A stretch of 57,766 nt of DNA from Candidatus Nomurabacteria bacterium (GTDB lineage Bacteria > Patescibacteriota > Minisyncoccia > Phycocordibacterales > UBA9973). The translations under genes and the position numbers were made by a program. The stretch spans positions 1 through 57,766 of the forward strand of contig JAHFNO010000007.1 of the NCBI GenBank assembly GCA_023267275.1, written 5' to 3'. The notes below the pieces were generated by a model that saw only the letters and a program-made list of their open reading frames with translations, had not been told where the DNA came from and searched no databases. This document shows, in pieces, positions 8,455 to 17,401 of the stretch (its first letter is position 1; the number at the start of each line of letters is the position of its first letter).

Positions 8455-9912
8455 ATGTCTCAAAATACTCAAAAAACCGAAGAACAGTCGTTTCAAATTA
8501 CTCCTCGTGCCGAAGATTATTCAGCTTGGTATCTCGATATTATTCGCGTTGCAGGTCTTGCCGAACATGGTCCAGCAAAAGGTACGATGGTTATCAAGCC
8601 GTATGGCTATGCTCTTTGGGAAAAAGTACAAAATGTACTCAACGCAAAATTTAAAGAAAGTGGAGTGGAGAATGCATATTTTCCTATGCTCATTCCTGAA
8701 AGTCTCTTGAAGCGTGAAGCCGATCATATTGAAGGATTTGCTCCTGAAGTTGCAGTTGTGACTCATGCTGGCGGAAAACAACTTGAGGAACCACTCATTG
8801 TTCGACCAACTTCAGAAACAATCATGTACGAAGTATTTTCTGGTTGGATTCATTCGTATCGTGATCTGCCACTTTTGATAAACCAATGGGCAAACGTTGT
8901 GCGCTGGGAAATGCGCCCACGTCTCTTTTTGCGTACAACAGAATTTCTTTGGCAAGAAGGACACACTGTGCACAAAGATGAAGCTGATGCAGATGCGCGC
9001 GCTCGTATGATGCTTGAGGTGTATCGAGAATTCGCAGAAAAATATATGGCGATTCCAGTGATTCCTGGACAAAAGTCAGATTCAGAAAAATTTGCTGGAG
9101 CACTTCGCACATATACGTGCGAAGCGATGATGCAAGATGGAAAAGCATTGCAGTTTGCAACATCACACAATCTGGGAGATCACTTTTCAAAAGTATTCAA
9201 CATCCAATTTTTAGACGAAAACAACGAACAGAAATACGGCTGGCAAACAAGCTGGGGTCTTTCGACTCGTACTATCGGCGGACTTGTGATGACACACAGT
9301 GATGACAAAGGTCTTGTACTTCCACCAAAGATGGCATCAATTCAGGCTGTACTTGTGCCAATCCTTACCGGAAAAGAAGATGATGGAAAAGTGTTGGAAA
9401 AAATTCAGGAAATGAATTCAGCTGTTTTAGCGCTCGGCATTACTACAAAAATCGATGACCGAAATACACGTCCTGGTGAAAAGTTTTATGAATGGGAACG
9501 CAAAGGTGTGCCTGTTCGCGTAGAGTTTGGACCAAAGGACATGGCAAACAACCAGGCTGTACTTGTTCGTCGCGACACAGGAGAAAAAGAAACGGTAGCA
9601 CTTTCTGATTTTGCTGATCGAGTTTCGCAGTTGCTTGAAATAATTCAGAAATCAATGTACGAGCGTGCACTCAATCTTCGTACGAGTAAAACGAAGTCAG
9701 TTGATACATGGAACGATTTTACCGAAGCAATCGAGGGAGGCAATTTGGTTCTCGCACATTGGGATGGAACAAAAGAAACTGAAGCTGAAATAAAAGAGGC
9801 GACCGGTGCTACGATTCGTTGTATTCCGTTTGATTCTCAAGAAGAAGTAGGTATTTGTATTAAATCAGGAAAGCCTTCAAATCGTCGTGTGCTTTTTGCG
9901 AAGGCATATTAG
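8455..9912 (+). CDS. proS: proline--tRNA ligase, archaeal/eukaryote type
   Basis: RPTSET, QWANVVRWE, FLRTTEFLWQEGHT, SWGLSTR, C-terminal FAKAY; no INS editing domain. Confidence 0.98.
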   Translation: MSQNTQKTEEQSFQITPRAEDYSAWYLDIIRVAGLAEHGPAKGTMVIKPYGYALWEKVQNVLNAKFKESGVENAYFPMLIPESLLKREADHIEGFAPEVAVVTHAGGKQLEEPLIVRPTSETIMYEVFSGWIHSYRDLPLLINQWANVVRWEMRPRLFLRTTEFLWQEGHTVHKDEADADARARMMLEVYREFAEKYMAIPVIPGQKSDSEKFAGALRTYTCEAMMQDGKALQFATSHNLGDHFSKVFNIQFLDENNEQKYGWQTSWGLSTRTIGGLVMTHSDDKGLVLPPKMASIQAVLVPILTGKEDDGKVLEKIQEMNSAVLALGITTKIDDRNTRPGEKFYEWERKGVPVRVEFGPKDMANNQAVLVRRDTGEKETVALSDFADRVSQLLEIIQKSMYERALNLRTSKTKSVDTWNDFTEAIEGGNLVLAHWDGTKETEAEIKEATGATIRCIPFDSQEEVGICIKSGKPSNRRVLFAKAY

Positions 9913-9957
9913 TATTTTGAATTTCCTAAAGCCTAGCGCCTAATTATCTAATTTTTC

Positions 9958-11004
9958 ATGTTCGACAAAATCTACAACACATTTTCAAACGATATTGGTA
10001 TTGACCTTGGTACTGCAAATACGCTTGTGTATTTGAAAGGGCACGGCATCGTCATCAACGAGCCGTCTGTTGTGGCGGTCAACCAAAAAACAGGACGCAT
10101 TGTGGCAGTAGGAATGGAAGCAAAAAATATGCTTGGTCGCACACCAGGGCATATCAAAGCCGTGCGCCCAATTATTGATGGTGTGATTTCAGATTTTGAA
10201 GTGACGGAAGAAATGCTTTCATATCTTATTGCGAAAGCCGAAAAAATTTCAAAGAAATTTTTTCGACCGCGTGTTGTCGTAGGTGTGCCATCTGGAATTA
10301 CGAATGTGGAAATTCGCGCCGTATATGATGCGGCAAAATCTGCTGGTGCACGTGAAGTATTCATTATTGAAGAACCAATGGCTGCAGCTATCGGTATTCG
10401 TTTGCCAGTAAAGGAACCAGTGGGATCAATGATTATTGATATTGGTGGGGGAACGACAGACATCGCCATCATCTCTCTTGGTGGAATCGTGTGTTCAAAA
10501 AATTCTAAAGTAGCTGGCGATCGTTTGAACTCAGATATCATTTCTTATTTGCGCGATGAATTTAAATTGCTCATCGGAGAAAAAACAGCAGAAAATGTAA
10601 AGATTGCTATTGGTTCAGTACTCGAAGGTAGTTTTATGGAGGCACAAGTTCGCGGACGTGATTTGGTCACCGGACTTCCACGTGAAGTTATTATTACCGA
10701 TTCAGATATTCGCGAAGCAATCGCTCCTGCAATTAATGATCTTGTTGATGGAATAAAAGAAGTACTCGAAACAACGCCACCAGAAATTCTCTCCGACGTA
10801 ATGCACCGTGGAATTGTGCTCACTGGCGGTGGGGCAATGCTCGTTGGCCTCGACCACTTACTTGAAGGAGTTTTGAAATTTCCTATCTACGTTGCCGAGG
10901 ACCCACTCACTGCCGTGGCGCGTGGAGCCGGTGTTGTTCTCGATTCAATAGATGAATTCCGTGAACAGCTCGTCAGCGCTACACATAATTTGCCACTGAG
11001 GTAG
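9958..11004 (+). CDS. mreB: rod shape-determining protein MreB
   Basis: IGIDLGTANT, EEPMAAAIG, DIGGGTTD, LTGGGA. Confidence 0.98.
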   Translation: MFDKIYNTFSNDIGIDLGTANTLVYLKGHGIVINEPSVVAVNQKTGRIVAVGMEAKNMLGRTPGHIKAVRPIIDGVISDFEVTEEMLSYLIAKAEKISKKFFRPRVVVGVPSGITNVEIRAVYDAAKSAGAREVFIIEEPMAAAIGIRLPVKEPVGSMIIDIGGGTTDIAIISLGGIVCSKNSKVAGDRLNSDIISYLRDEFKLLIGEKTAENVKIAIGSVLEGSFMEAQVRGRDLVTGLPREVIITDSDIREAIAPAINDLVDGIKEVLETTPPEILSDVMHRGIVLTGGGAMLVGLDHLLEGVLKFPIYVAEDPLTAVARGAGVVLDSIDEFREQLVSATHNLPLR

Positions 11005-11010
11005 AAAATC

Positions 11011-11109
11011 AAGTCTATAGACTCTAGTCTTTAGTCTATAGAGTGTATGCAAATAATAAGACTTTGTATTTATTACTAGAGACTAAAGACTGTAGACTAA
11101 AGACTAATT
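11011..11109. repeat. gene-less inverted heptamer cassette matching the four-helix-bundle gene flanks
   Basis: tagtctt/tagtcta left arm and actagag/actaaag right arm; 11083-11107 is the exact reverse complement of 47406-47430. Confidence 0.9.
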
Positions 11110-11112
11110 CAT

Positions 11113-11904
11113 ATGCATAATCGTCAATTTTCTCCATCACATAGCAAAGCCAGAACGATGCGCATATCTGGCGCAGTAATTGTTCTTGCACTGGTTTTTA
11201 GTATTCCCGTTACTCGCAACGCCGTTCGTTCTAGTATTCATGGAGTTGGTATGGCGATTGCTCGTAGCACTGGAGCTGTGGGAACATGGTTTGGCTCTAT
11301 CGGCACGGCTATTCGTTTCAAGTCTTCACTCGAAGCAGAAAATACTGATTTGAAAAATAAAATTTCTGCGCTTGCTTCGCAAAATGCGATGCAAAGCGAG
11401 CTTTCTTCGGAGAATGCCGATTTGAAAGCGACGCTCGGAAGATCTGAACACAATACATTTACACTCGCTGTTGTTTTGGAAAAACCACCACACTCAATGT
11501 ATGACACTATTATTATTGATGGGGGGAGCAAAGTAGGATTTGCAGTGGGGCAGAGTGTTTACACAAACGGCGAAACTCCAATCGGTACAATTACTGATGT
11601 GTATCCAAATTCTGCGTTGGTAAAACTTTTTTCAACTTCTGGAGAAAAAACAGAAGCGCGCCTCTCTCCATCAAATATCGATGTGACACTTGTAGGACAA
11701 GGTAGTGGCAATTTTTCTGCAACAGTTCCGCATGATTTACCGATTGCAAATGATATTGTCGCAGTTACAAAAGAATTAAATGCACATGTTATTGCACAAT
11801 ATCAAAAAGTCACATCAGATCCACGTGATCCATTTCAAACACTTCTCCTTTCTGCTCCAGTAAATATGAACGAACTCAATTTTGTAGAAGTGAAGAAGAA
11901 CTAG
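11113..11904 (+). CDS. mreC: rod shape-determining protein MreC
   Basis: TM, coiled coil (ENADLKATLG), IIIDGGS..G..VG beta domain; follows mreB. Confidence 0.9.
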   Translation: MHNRQFSPSHSKARTMRISGAVIVLALVFSIPVTRNAVRSSIHGVGMAIARSTGAVGTWFGSIGTAIRFKSSLEAENTDLKNKISALASQNAMQSELSSENADLKATLGRSEHNTFTLAVVLEKPPHSMYDTIIIDGGSKVGFAVGQSVYTNGETPIGTITDVYPNSALVKLFSTSGEKTEARLSPSNIDVTLVGQGSGNFSATVPHDLPIANDIVAVTKELNAHVIAQYQKVTSDPRDPFQTLLLSAPVNMNELNFVEVKKN

Positions 11905-12015
11905 TCGAAAGTTAAAAGTTTATAAAGTCTATAAAGTTACACGAGTTCTTTGCTTATTGAAATAAAAAAAGCCATCCTTTTGAGATGGCTTATAACTGAT
12001 TATTAACAAGCTATT

Positions 12016-12312
12016 TTATTCGAATTCCGTTTCCTTTGGAATACGGAAACGATAGAGTGTTGTTTGGCTTACGGGATCATTTTCAGATGTATGGCTGTCT
12101 ATTATTCCACCTACACTTTTTACTTTATTGACGAACGCCATTTTGTCTTGAGCATGTTTTTGTTCATCAAGGCTGTCTGTGCAAACATATCCACTCCTTT
12201 TTTCATAGAAGTTAGGATTATTTTGTATGATGTCCATTAGATCTTTCACTAATGAATATTGTTCCGCAGGATTTAATCCGCTGAAGACGTCTTTAAATGT
12301 GCTTGTGTTCAT
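12016..12312 (-). CDS. hypothetical protein (orphan)
   Basis: 98-aa ORF with consensus promoter upstream and hairpin at about 11969-11991 downstream. Confidence 0.65.
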   Translation of the reverse strand: MNTSTFKDVFSGLNPAEQYSLVKDLMDIIQNNPNFYEKRSGYVCTDSLDEQKHAQDKMAFVNKVKSVGGIIDSHTSENDPVSQTTLYRFRIPKETEFE

Positions 12313-12326
12313 TTTTGATTTTTTTA

Positions 12327-12355
12327 ATTATACACCCTTTTATTAATAATGTCAA
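12327..12355 (-). promoter_or_regulatory. consensus sigma70 promoter
   Basis: TTGACA-17 bp-TATAAT on the minus strand. Confidence 0.8.
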
Positions 12356-12419
12356 TAGCACAAAAACTCCTTATTTTGCTATAGTGCTTTTGGATTTGAA
12401 ACTGCGTATTGTGTATTGT

Positions 12420-12498
12420 GTCATCCTGAACTAGTTTCAGGATCCAGGTTTGTATTTGAATCTAACTAAAATAGATCCTGAAATAAATTCAGGATGAC
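12420..12498. repeat. GTCATCCTGAA double-hairpin palindromic element, copy 1
   Basis: gtcatcctgaactagtttcaggatcc...gatcctgaaataaattcaggatgac. Confidence 0.9.
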
Positions 12499-12507
12499 AC
12501 CCTTAAA

Positions 12508-13794
12508 ATGAAACCAATCAAATTTACCATCGAAAAAAAGATTCCAAACGCGCTTGGACGAGCGGGTGTACTTGAGACACCGCATGGAAAAATTCTCACT
12601 CCAGCATTTGTGCCGGTGGGAACAAAAGCTACAGTCAAAGGTATGACTCCCGAAATGCTCAAAGACGTCGGCGCGCAAGTGGTGCTCGCCAATACATATC
12701 ACTTGTATTTACAACCTGGCGACGAGCTTGTACGAGATGCTGGTGGACTACACAAAATGATGCACTGGGATCGTCCGACTGTTACCGACTCTGGAGGGTT
12801 TCAAGTATTTTCTCTCGGTGCTGCATATGGAAAAGGTATTTCAAAAATTTTGCATCCCGCCGATCCTTCTCTCCAGATTCCAGAACGCTCAAGCGCCGAC
12901 GAAGGCGTAGCACGTCTTGCGACGATCGGTGCAGGCGGTGTTTCTTTCCGTTCGCACATCGATGGATCGCTCCATTATTTCACCCCAGAAAAATCCATTG
13001 AGATTCAACACAATCTTGGTGCTGATATTATTTTTGCATTCGACGAATGTACTTCACCCACAGAAGATCGTCGCTATCAAGAAGAAGCGCTTGGTCGCAC
13101 ACATGCATGGGCAAAGCGCAGTCTCGATTATCATCATTCACGCAAAACTGCTCCCACCACCCCATCCGGAGTACCGTCCACCCCTCCTCAGGCAGGAGGG
13201 GAAAAACTTCCTCAAGCTTTGTTTGGAATTGTGCAGGGTGGTCGCGATGAAGAATTGCGCCGAAAATCTGCACAAGAGATTGCAAATATGAAAACGCTTG
13301 ATGGCGAAACATTCGATGGATATGGAATCGGCGGTAGTTTTGACAAAGACGATTTGCATTCGGCAGTGCGCTGGGTCAACGAAGAATTGCCGGAAGACAA
13401 ACCACGTCACTTGCTTGGTATTGGTGAACCAGAAGATTTGTTTATGGGTGTAGAAAATGGTGTAGATCTTTTTGATTGCGTTGCGCCAACACGCAACGCG
13501 CGCAGTGGTGCATCGCTCTATACAAAAGAGGGAAGAATGAATTTGCTCAACGCAGAATATCGCAATGATTTTTCTCCTATTGAAGCCGATTGTGGATGCT
13601 ATACGTGCAAACATTACACACGCGCATATATTGCCTATCTTTTTCGAGCAAAAGAAATGCTCGCTGGAATTCTCTCATCTGTGCACAATCTTTACTTCAT
13701 CATTCATCTCGTAGATAAAATGCGCGAGACTATTATCGATGGCACATTTGCTGAATACAAGGCAGATTTTTTGAGTCACTATCACAGGAAATAA
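12508..13794 (+). CDS. tgt: tRNA-guanine transglycosylase
   Basis: TPAFVPVGT, LANTYHL, TDSGGFQVFSL, GIVQGG, DLFDCVAPTR, CxCxxC...H Zn site. Confidence 0.97.
   Translation: MKPIKFTIEKKIPNALGRAGVLETPHGKILTPAFVPVGTKATVKGMTPEMLKDVGAQVVLANTYHLYLQPGDELVRDAGGLHKMMHWDRPTVTDSGGFQVFSLGAAYGKGISKILHPADPSLQIPERSSADEGVARLATIGAGGVSFRSHIDGSLHYFTPEKSIEIQHNLGADIIFAFDECTSPTEDRRYQEEALGRTHAWAKRSLDYHHSRKTAPTTPSGVPSTPPQAGGEKLPQALFGIVQGGRDEELRRKSAQEIANMKTLDGETFDGYGIGGSFDKDDLHSAVRWVNEELPEDKPRHLLGIGEPEDLFMGVENGVDLFDCVAPTRNARSGASLYTKEGRMNLLNAEYRNDFSPIEADCGCYTCKHYTRAYIAYLFRAKEMLAGILSSVHNLYFIIHLVDKMRETIIDGTFAEYKADFLSHYHRK
13151..13202. repeat. 52-bp CCCCTCCT/AGGAGGGG hairpin element in frame in tgt
   Basis: 43/52 identical to 17875-17926 in uvrA. 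Confidence 0.9.
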
Positions 13795-13798
13795 TTGC

Positions 13799-13881
13799 TG
13801 TTGATCCGGTAGTAGATCTTGCTGGTGTGGCTTCGCCACGCACTTCATAGTGCACCAGCAAGGCTCACTACCGGATTGACA
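13799..13881. other. multibranch inverted-repeat structure downstream of tgt
   Basis: Outer stem tgttgatccggtagt/actaccggattgaca, inner cttgctggtg/caccagcaag, two apical hairpins. Confidence 0.65.
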
Positions 13882-13935
13882 TATTTTTTGTATAGAGGAC
13901 AATAGAGGTAATAAAGTCACCTTAAATTTGTGTGT

Positions 13936-14307
13936 ATGAAAAACGGAGCAAAAACCCTACCTCCGCATGTAGCTGACATTTTAAAAACAGCTACGAGTGG
14001 CGTGCTGGGCACGGAACACAATGTTGTTTCAAGAGAATTTTCAGTTGATTGCAATTCGCTTCCTGATATTGCAATTAAACTCGACAATGATTCTAAACAT
14101 CACGAAGCTATTGTTGGATCGTCGGTAACAATCGTACTGCGTCCATCAGTATGGCAAAAAGCTGATAGGTACGCTTTTGTGGAGGGTGTTGTAAAAGAGA
14201 ACAATAATTTTTTTATCTTTACTGCTAAAAAAATTACTGTTCGAGAAAAAGGTGCTATGGTAGAGGTGTATGACACTTCTCATAAAGCAGCTAGTACTGC
14301 AGAATAA
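13936..14307 (+). CDS. hypothetical protein (orphan)
   Basis: ORF 13930-14307; promoter-like TTGACA-17-GACAAT at 13876. Confidence 0.6.
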   Translation: MKNGAKTLPPHVADILKTATSGVLGTEHNVVSREFSVDCNSLPDIAIKLDNDSKHHEAIVGSSVTIVLRPSVWQKADRYAFVEGVVKENNNFFIFTAKKITVREKGAMVEVYDTSHKAASTAE

Positions 14308-14348
14308 TATCTGCAGTACTTTATTTAAAAAAGATAACGTACATTTTT

Positions 14349-14711
14349 ATGGAAATAGAAAAAGGATTTTATTATCATTTTCGACACGACCCAAATAAAG
14401 GAGTGAATGATTGTGCGTACGAAATGATTGGTACCGCTTTCAATACAGAAACCGTCACATCCGGTACAGGAAAAACCGAAGACCCAACCGAGTTTTTTAA
14501 AGACGAAATGGTTATTTATCGTCCACTTTACAATACTTCACTTGTCTATAAAGCAGGGAAGCGATTTTGGGTTCGCCCAGCTCATATGTTTTTGGGAATA
14601 GTAGAAAAAGAAGGAAAAACATTTCAACGATTTCAAAAGATTACTGATCCTGTTACCATACAGAAGCTTAAAGAAATAAAGGATGAAATGTATGGAAAAG
14701 AAAGTATTTAA
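14349..14711 (+). CDS. DUF1653-like protein
   Basis: G.Y.HF...Y.MIG.A...E, MVIYRPLY, WVRPAHMF...RF pattern. Confidence 0.75.
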   Translation: MEIEKGFYYHFRHDPNKGVNDCAYEMIGTAFNTETVTSGTGKTEDPTEFFKDEMVIYRPLYNTSLVYKAGKRFWVRPAHMFLGIVEKEGKTFQRFQKITDPVTIQKLKEIKDEMYGKESI

Positions 14712-16809
14712 ATTACAATCTGAATATAAGCCAGCCGGCGATCAGCCGAATGCTATCAAAGGCTTGGTAGAAGGTCTTGATCAGGGTTTGCGTAAGCAAA
14801 CCCTCTTGGGCGTGACTGGCTCTGGAAAGACATTCACCATGGCAAACGTTATTGCCGAGCACAACAAGCCCACACTCGTGATTGCCCACAACAAAACACT
14901 CGCCGCTCAACTCGCACAAGAATATCGAGAGTTTTTTCCCGATGCTGCCGTGCATTACTTTGTTTCTTATTACGACTTCTATCAACCAGAAGCATATTTG
15001 CCGACGAGCGATACCTATATTGAAAAAGATGCATCGATCAACGAAGAAATCGATCGTCTTCGTCATGCTTCGACACAGGCACTGCTCATTCGCCGTGATG
15101 TGATTATTGTTGCGTCGGTCTCATGTATTTACGGTTTGGGTTCACCAGAAGATTACAAGGAACAAAATCTGCAAATTTCTGTCGGAACAAAAATTCAAAA
15201 AATAGAATTGATGCGCAAGCTTATCGGCAATCATTTTGAACGTACCAATGCCGATGTGGGTAGTGCGCAGTTTCGCGCGGTCGGAAATCGTGTTGATGTC
15301 GTGCCAGTATCGGAGACATACATGTATCAGATATTTTTTGAAGGCGACACAATCTCTCGCATTGCAGTTGTAGATCCCGTATCATCAAAAATTCTTGAAG
15401 AAGTGCAAGATATTTTTCTTTTTCCAGCAAAGCACTTTATGACAAACGAGAGTCAGAAAGCAAAAGCCATTAAATCGATTCAAGCTGAACTCAAAACACA
15501 ACTCGCAAAATTTGAAAAAGAAGGAAAACTTCTTGAAGCACAACGTTTGAAACGCCGTACCACATACGATCTCGCCATGATTAAAGAGATTGGGTATTGT
15601 AACGGTATTGAAAACTACTCTCGGCATCTTTCAGGAAAGAAACCGGGTGAAGCGCCAGAAACATTGCTTTCCTATTTTCCGCACAAGGCCGATGGTACAC
15701 CAGACTTTTTGACAGTTATTGATGAATCGCACGTCACTGTGCCACAACTCGGCGGTATGTTTGCTGGTGATCAATCTCGAAAGAAAACACTTATTGAATT
15801 CGGTTTTCGGTTGCCATCTGCCGCTGACAACCGTCCGTTGAAATATCCAGAATTTGAAGAGCGAGTTGGGCAAGTGATTTACACTACGGCAACTCCATCA
15901 GAGTATGAACGCAAGGAAAGCGAAAAAATAGTTGAACAGATCATTCGTCCAACAGGACTCATCGATCCAGAAATAATTTTGCGTCCGATTTTAGAATCTA
16001 ACACCAAACACCAAACACCTAACACCACGAGTTATCCCGGGCAGATTCAGGACTTCATCGCTGAAACAGAAAAAACAATTGCGCGTGGTTTTCGCGTGAT
16101 CGCGACTACGCTCACAAAAAAAATGGCCGAGGATCTTTCTGTGTATTTGAAAGACAAAAAAATCAAAGCCGAATATTTGCATAGCGATATTAAAACCATC
16201 GAACGTATTCAGATTCTTACGCAGTTCCGTAGGGGAGAGTTCGATGTCATCGTGGGGGTCAACTTACTCCGCGAAGGTCTCGATCTTCCGGAAGTAGCAC
16301 TCATTGGAATTCTTGATGCGGACAAGGAAGGATTTTTGCGTTCTGAGACATCACTCATCCAGACAATCGGTCGTGCAGCCCGCAACTCGGAAGGACGAGT
16401 TATTCTTTATGCCGATAAACTCACCGGAAGTATGGAGCGAGCAATCGGCGAAACAAATCGTCGCCGCACTATCCAGCTCGAATATAACAAAAAGCACGGC
16501 ATTACTCCAAAAACTATCTTGAAACAAATCAAAGATATTACGGAGCAGATGGAGTCGCGTCATGCAAAAGCTGTAAACAGCGAGCTTGATCTTGATATTG
16601 AACTCTTTAAAAAGGGTGTTAAGGCTGGAAAAGTAGGGAAGAGTAAACTCTCAACGCTTTCAGATGAAGATCGCGATAAGGCAGTGTATGAAAAAATAAT
16701 TAAGATAAAGGAAAAAGAAATGAATCACGCAGTAAAAGAACTCGACTTTGAGACCGCAGCTATTTTGCGCGATGAGATAGTCGTACTGCGGGAGAGAATG
16801 ACAAAATAA
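14692..16809 (+). CDS. uvrB: excinuclease ABC subunit B
   Basis: LLGVTGSGKT, FVSYYDFYQPEAY, DESH, C-terminal LDFETAAILRD UVR domain; start 14683 or 14692. Confidence 0.98.
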   Translation: MEKKVFKLQSEYKPAGDQPNAIKGLVEGLDQGLRKQTLLGVTGSGKTFTMANVIAEHNKPTLVIAHNKTLAAQLAQEYREFFPDAAVHYFVSYYDFYQPEAYLPTSDTYIEKDASINEEIDRLRHASTQALLIRRDVIIVASVSCIYGLGSPEDYKEQNLQISVGTKIQKIELMRKLIGNHFERTNADVGSAQFRAVGNRVDVVPVSETYMYQIFFEGDTISRIAVVDPVSSKILEEVQDIFLFPAKHFMTNESQKAKAIKSIQAELKTQLAKFEKEGKLLEAQRLKRRTTYDLAMIKEIGYCNGIENYSRHLSGKKPGEAPETLLSYFPHKADGTPDFLTVIDESHVTVPQLGGMFAGDQSRKKTLIEFGFRLPSAADNRPLKYPEFEERVGQVIYTTATPSEYERKESEKIVEQIIRPTGLIDPEIILRPILESNTKHQTPNTTSYPGQIQDFIAETEKTIARGFRVIATTLTKKMAEDLSVYLKDKKIKAEYLHSDIKTIERIQILTQFRRGEFDVIVGVNLLREGLDLPEVALIGILDADKEGFLRSETSLIQTIGRAARNSEGRVILYADKLTGSMERAIGETNRRRTIQLEYNKKHGITPKTILKQIKDITEQMESRHAKAVNSELDLDIELFKKGVKAGKVGKSKLSTLSDEDRDKAVYEKIIKIKEKEMNHAVKELDFETAAILRDEIVVLRERMTK
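16000..16027. repeat. heptamer array in frame in uvrB
   Basis: aacacca aacacca aacacct aacacca, encoding NTKHQTPNT. Confidence 0.85.
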
Positions 16810-16848
16810 AAAAAGCCGTTTCCAAAAAATTGGGCGTACTTTTTATGT

Positions 16849-17193
16849 TTAAGGATAACAGTTCCAGAGTTCTCTTATTTGTGCCCCTAAAATTTTATTA
16901 GGGTGAACTCCAAAGCGCATTTCGTTTGGTGGGGAATCTTTTGTTACGTTTATACTATTTTCAGACCACTGTAATTCTATATATAGTGAATCACTGTCTG
17001 AATATTTATTTAACCAAACAAATCCAGATTTTGTTGAATAGTCAGAAAATAGGATTTCTAAATGTAATTGTTCTCCATACTTGATACGTATATCGCTTTT
17101 CTTGAAAAGTTCTAATGGTTTATCGGTATGGATTATCGTACAAAATTCTTTCCATGTTAAAAAACTAGACAAGCTGTTTTCTATATTTTTCAT
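16849..17193 (-). CDS. hypothetical protein (orphan)
   Basis: 114-aa AT-rich ORF; TTGACA-17-TAAAAT at 17240-17212 (minus strand). Confidence 0.65.
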   Translation of the reverse strand: MKNIENSLSSFLTWKEFCTIIHTDKPLELFKKSDIRIKYGEQLHLEILFSDYSTKSGFVWLNKYSDSDSLYIELQWSENSINVTKDSPPNEMRFGVHPNKILGAQIRELWNCYP

Positions 17194-17328
17194 AATAAAT
17201 TTCTTTTCTTTATTTTATATACAAATTAGTATTTTGTCAAATTTAAATTTTATGCTATAGTATGCCTAGTTAAATAGCGATACACACCCCCTAGGAGTCT
17301 TGGCGGGTGAAGTTTGCGTGAGGGTCGG

Positions 17329-17388
17329 GTCATCCTGAACTTGTTTCAGGATCCATAATACTAGATCCTGAAACAAGTTCAGGATGAC
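17329..17388. repeat. GTCATCCTGAA element, copy 2
   Basis: gtcatcctgaacttgtttcaggatcc-ataatacta-gatcctgaaacaagttcaggatgac. Confidence 0.9.
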
Positions 17389-17401
17389 ATTCAAAAATTT
17401 T

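Noticed and set aside
17384-17401. uvrA start at ATG 17384
   Set aside because: That ATG is part of the repeat's terminal GGATGAC; 17402 is more plausible.
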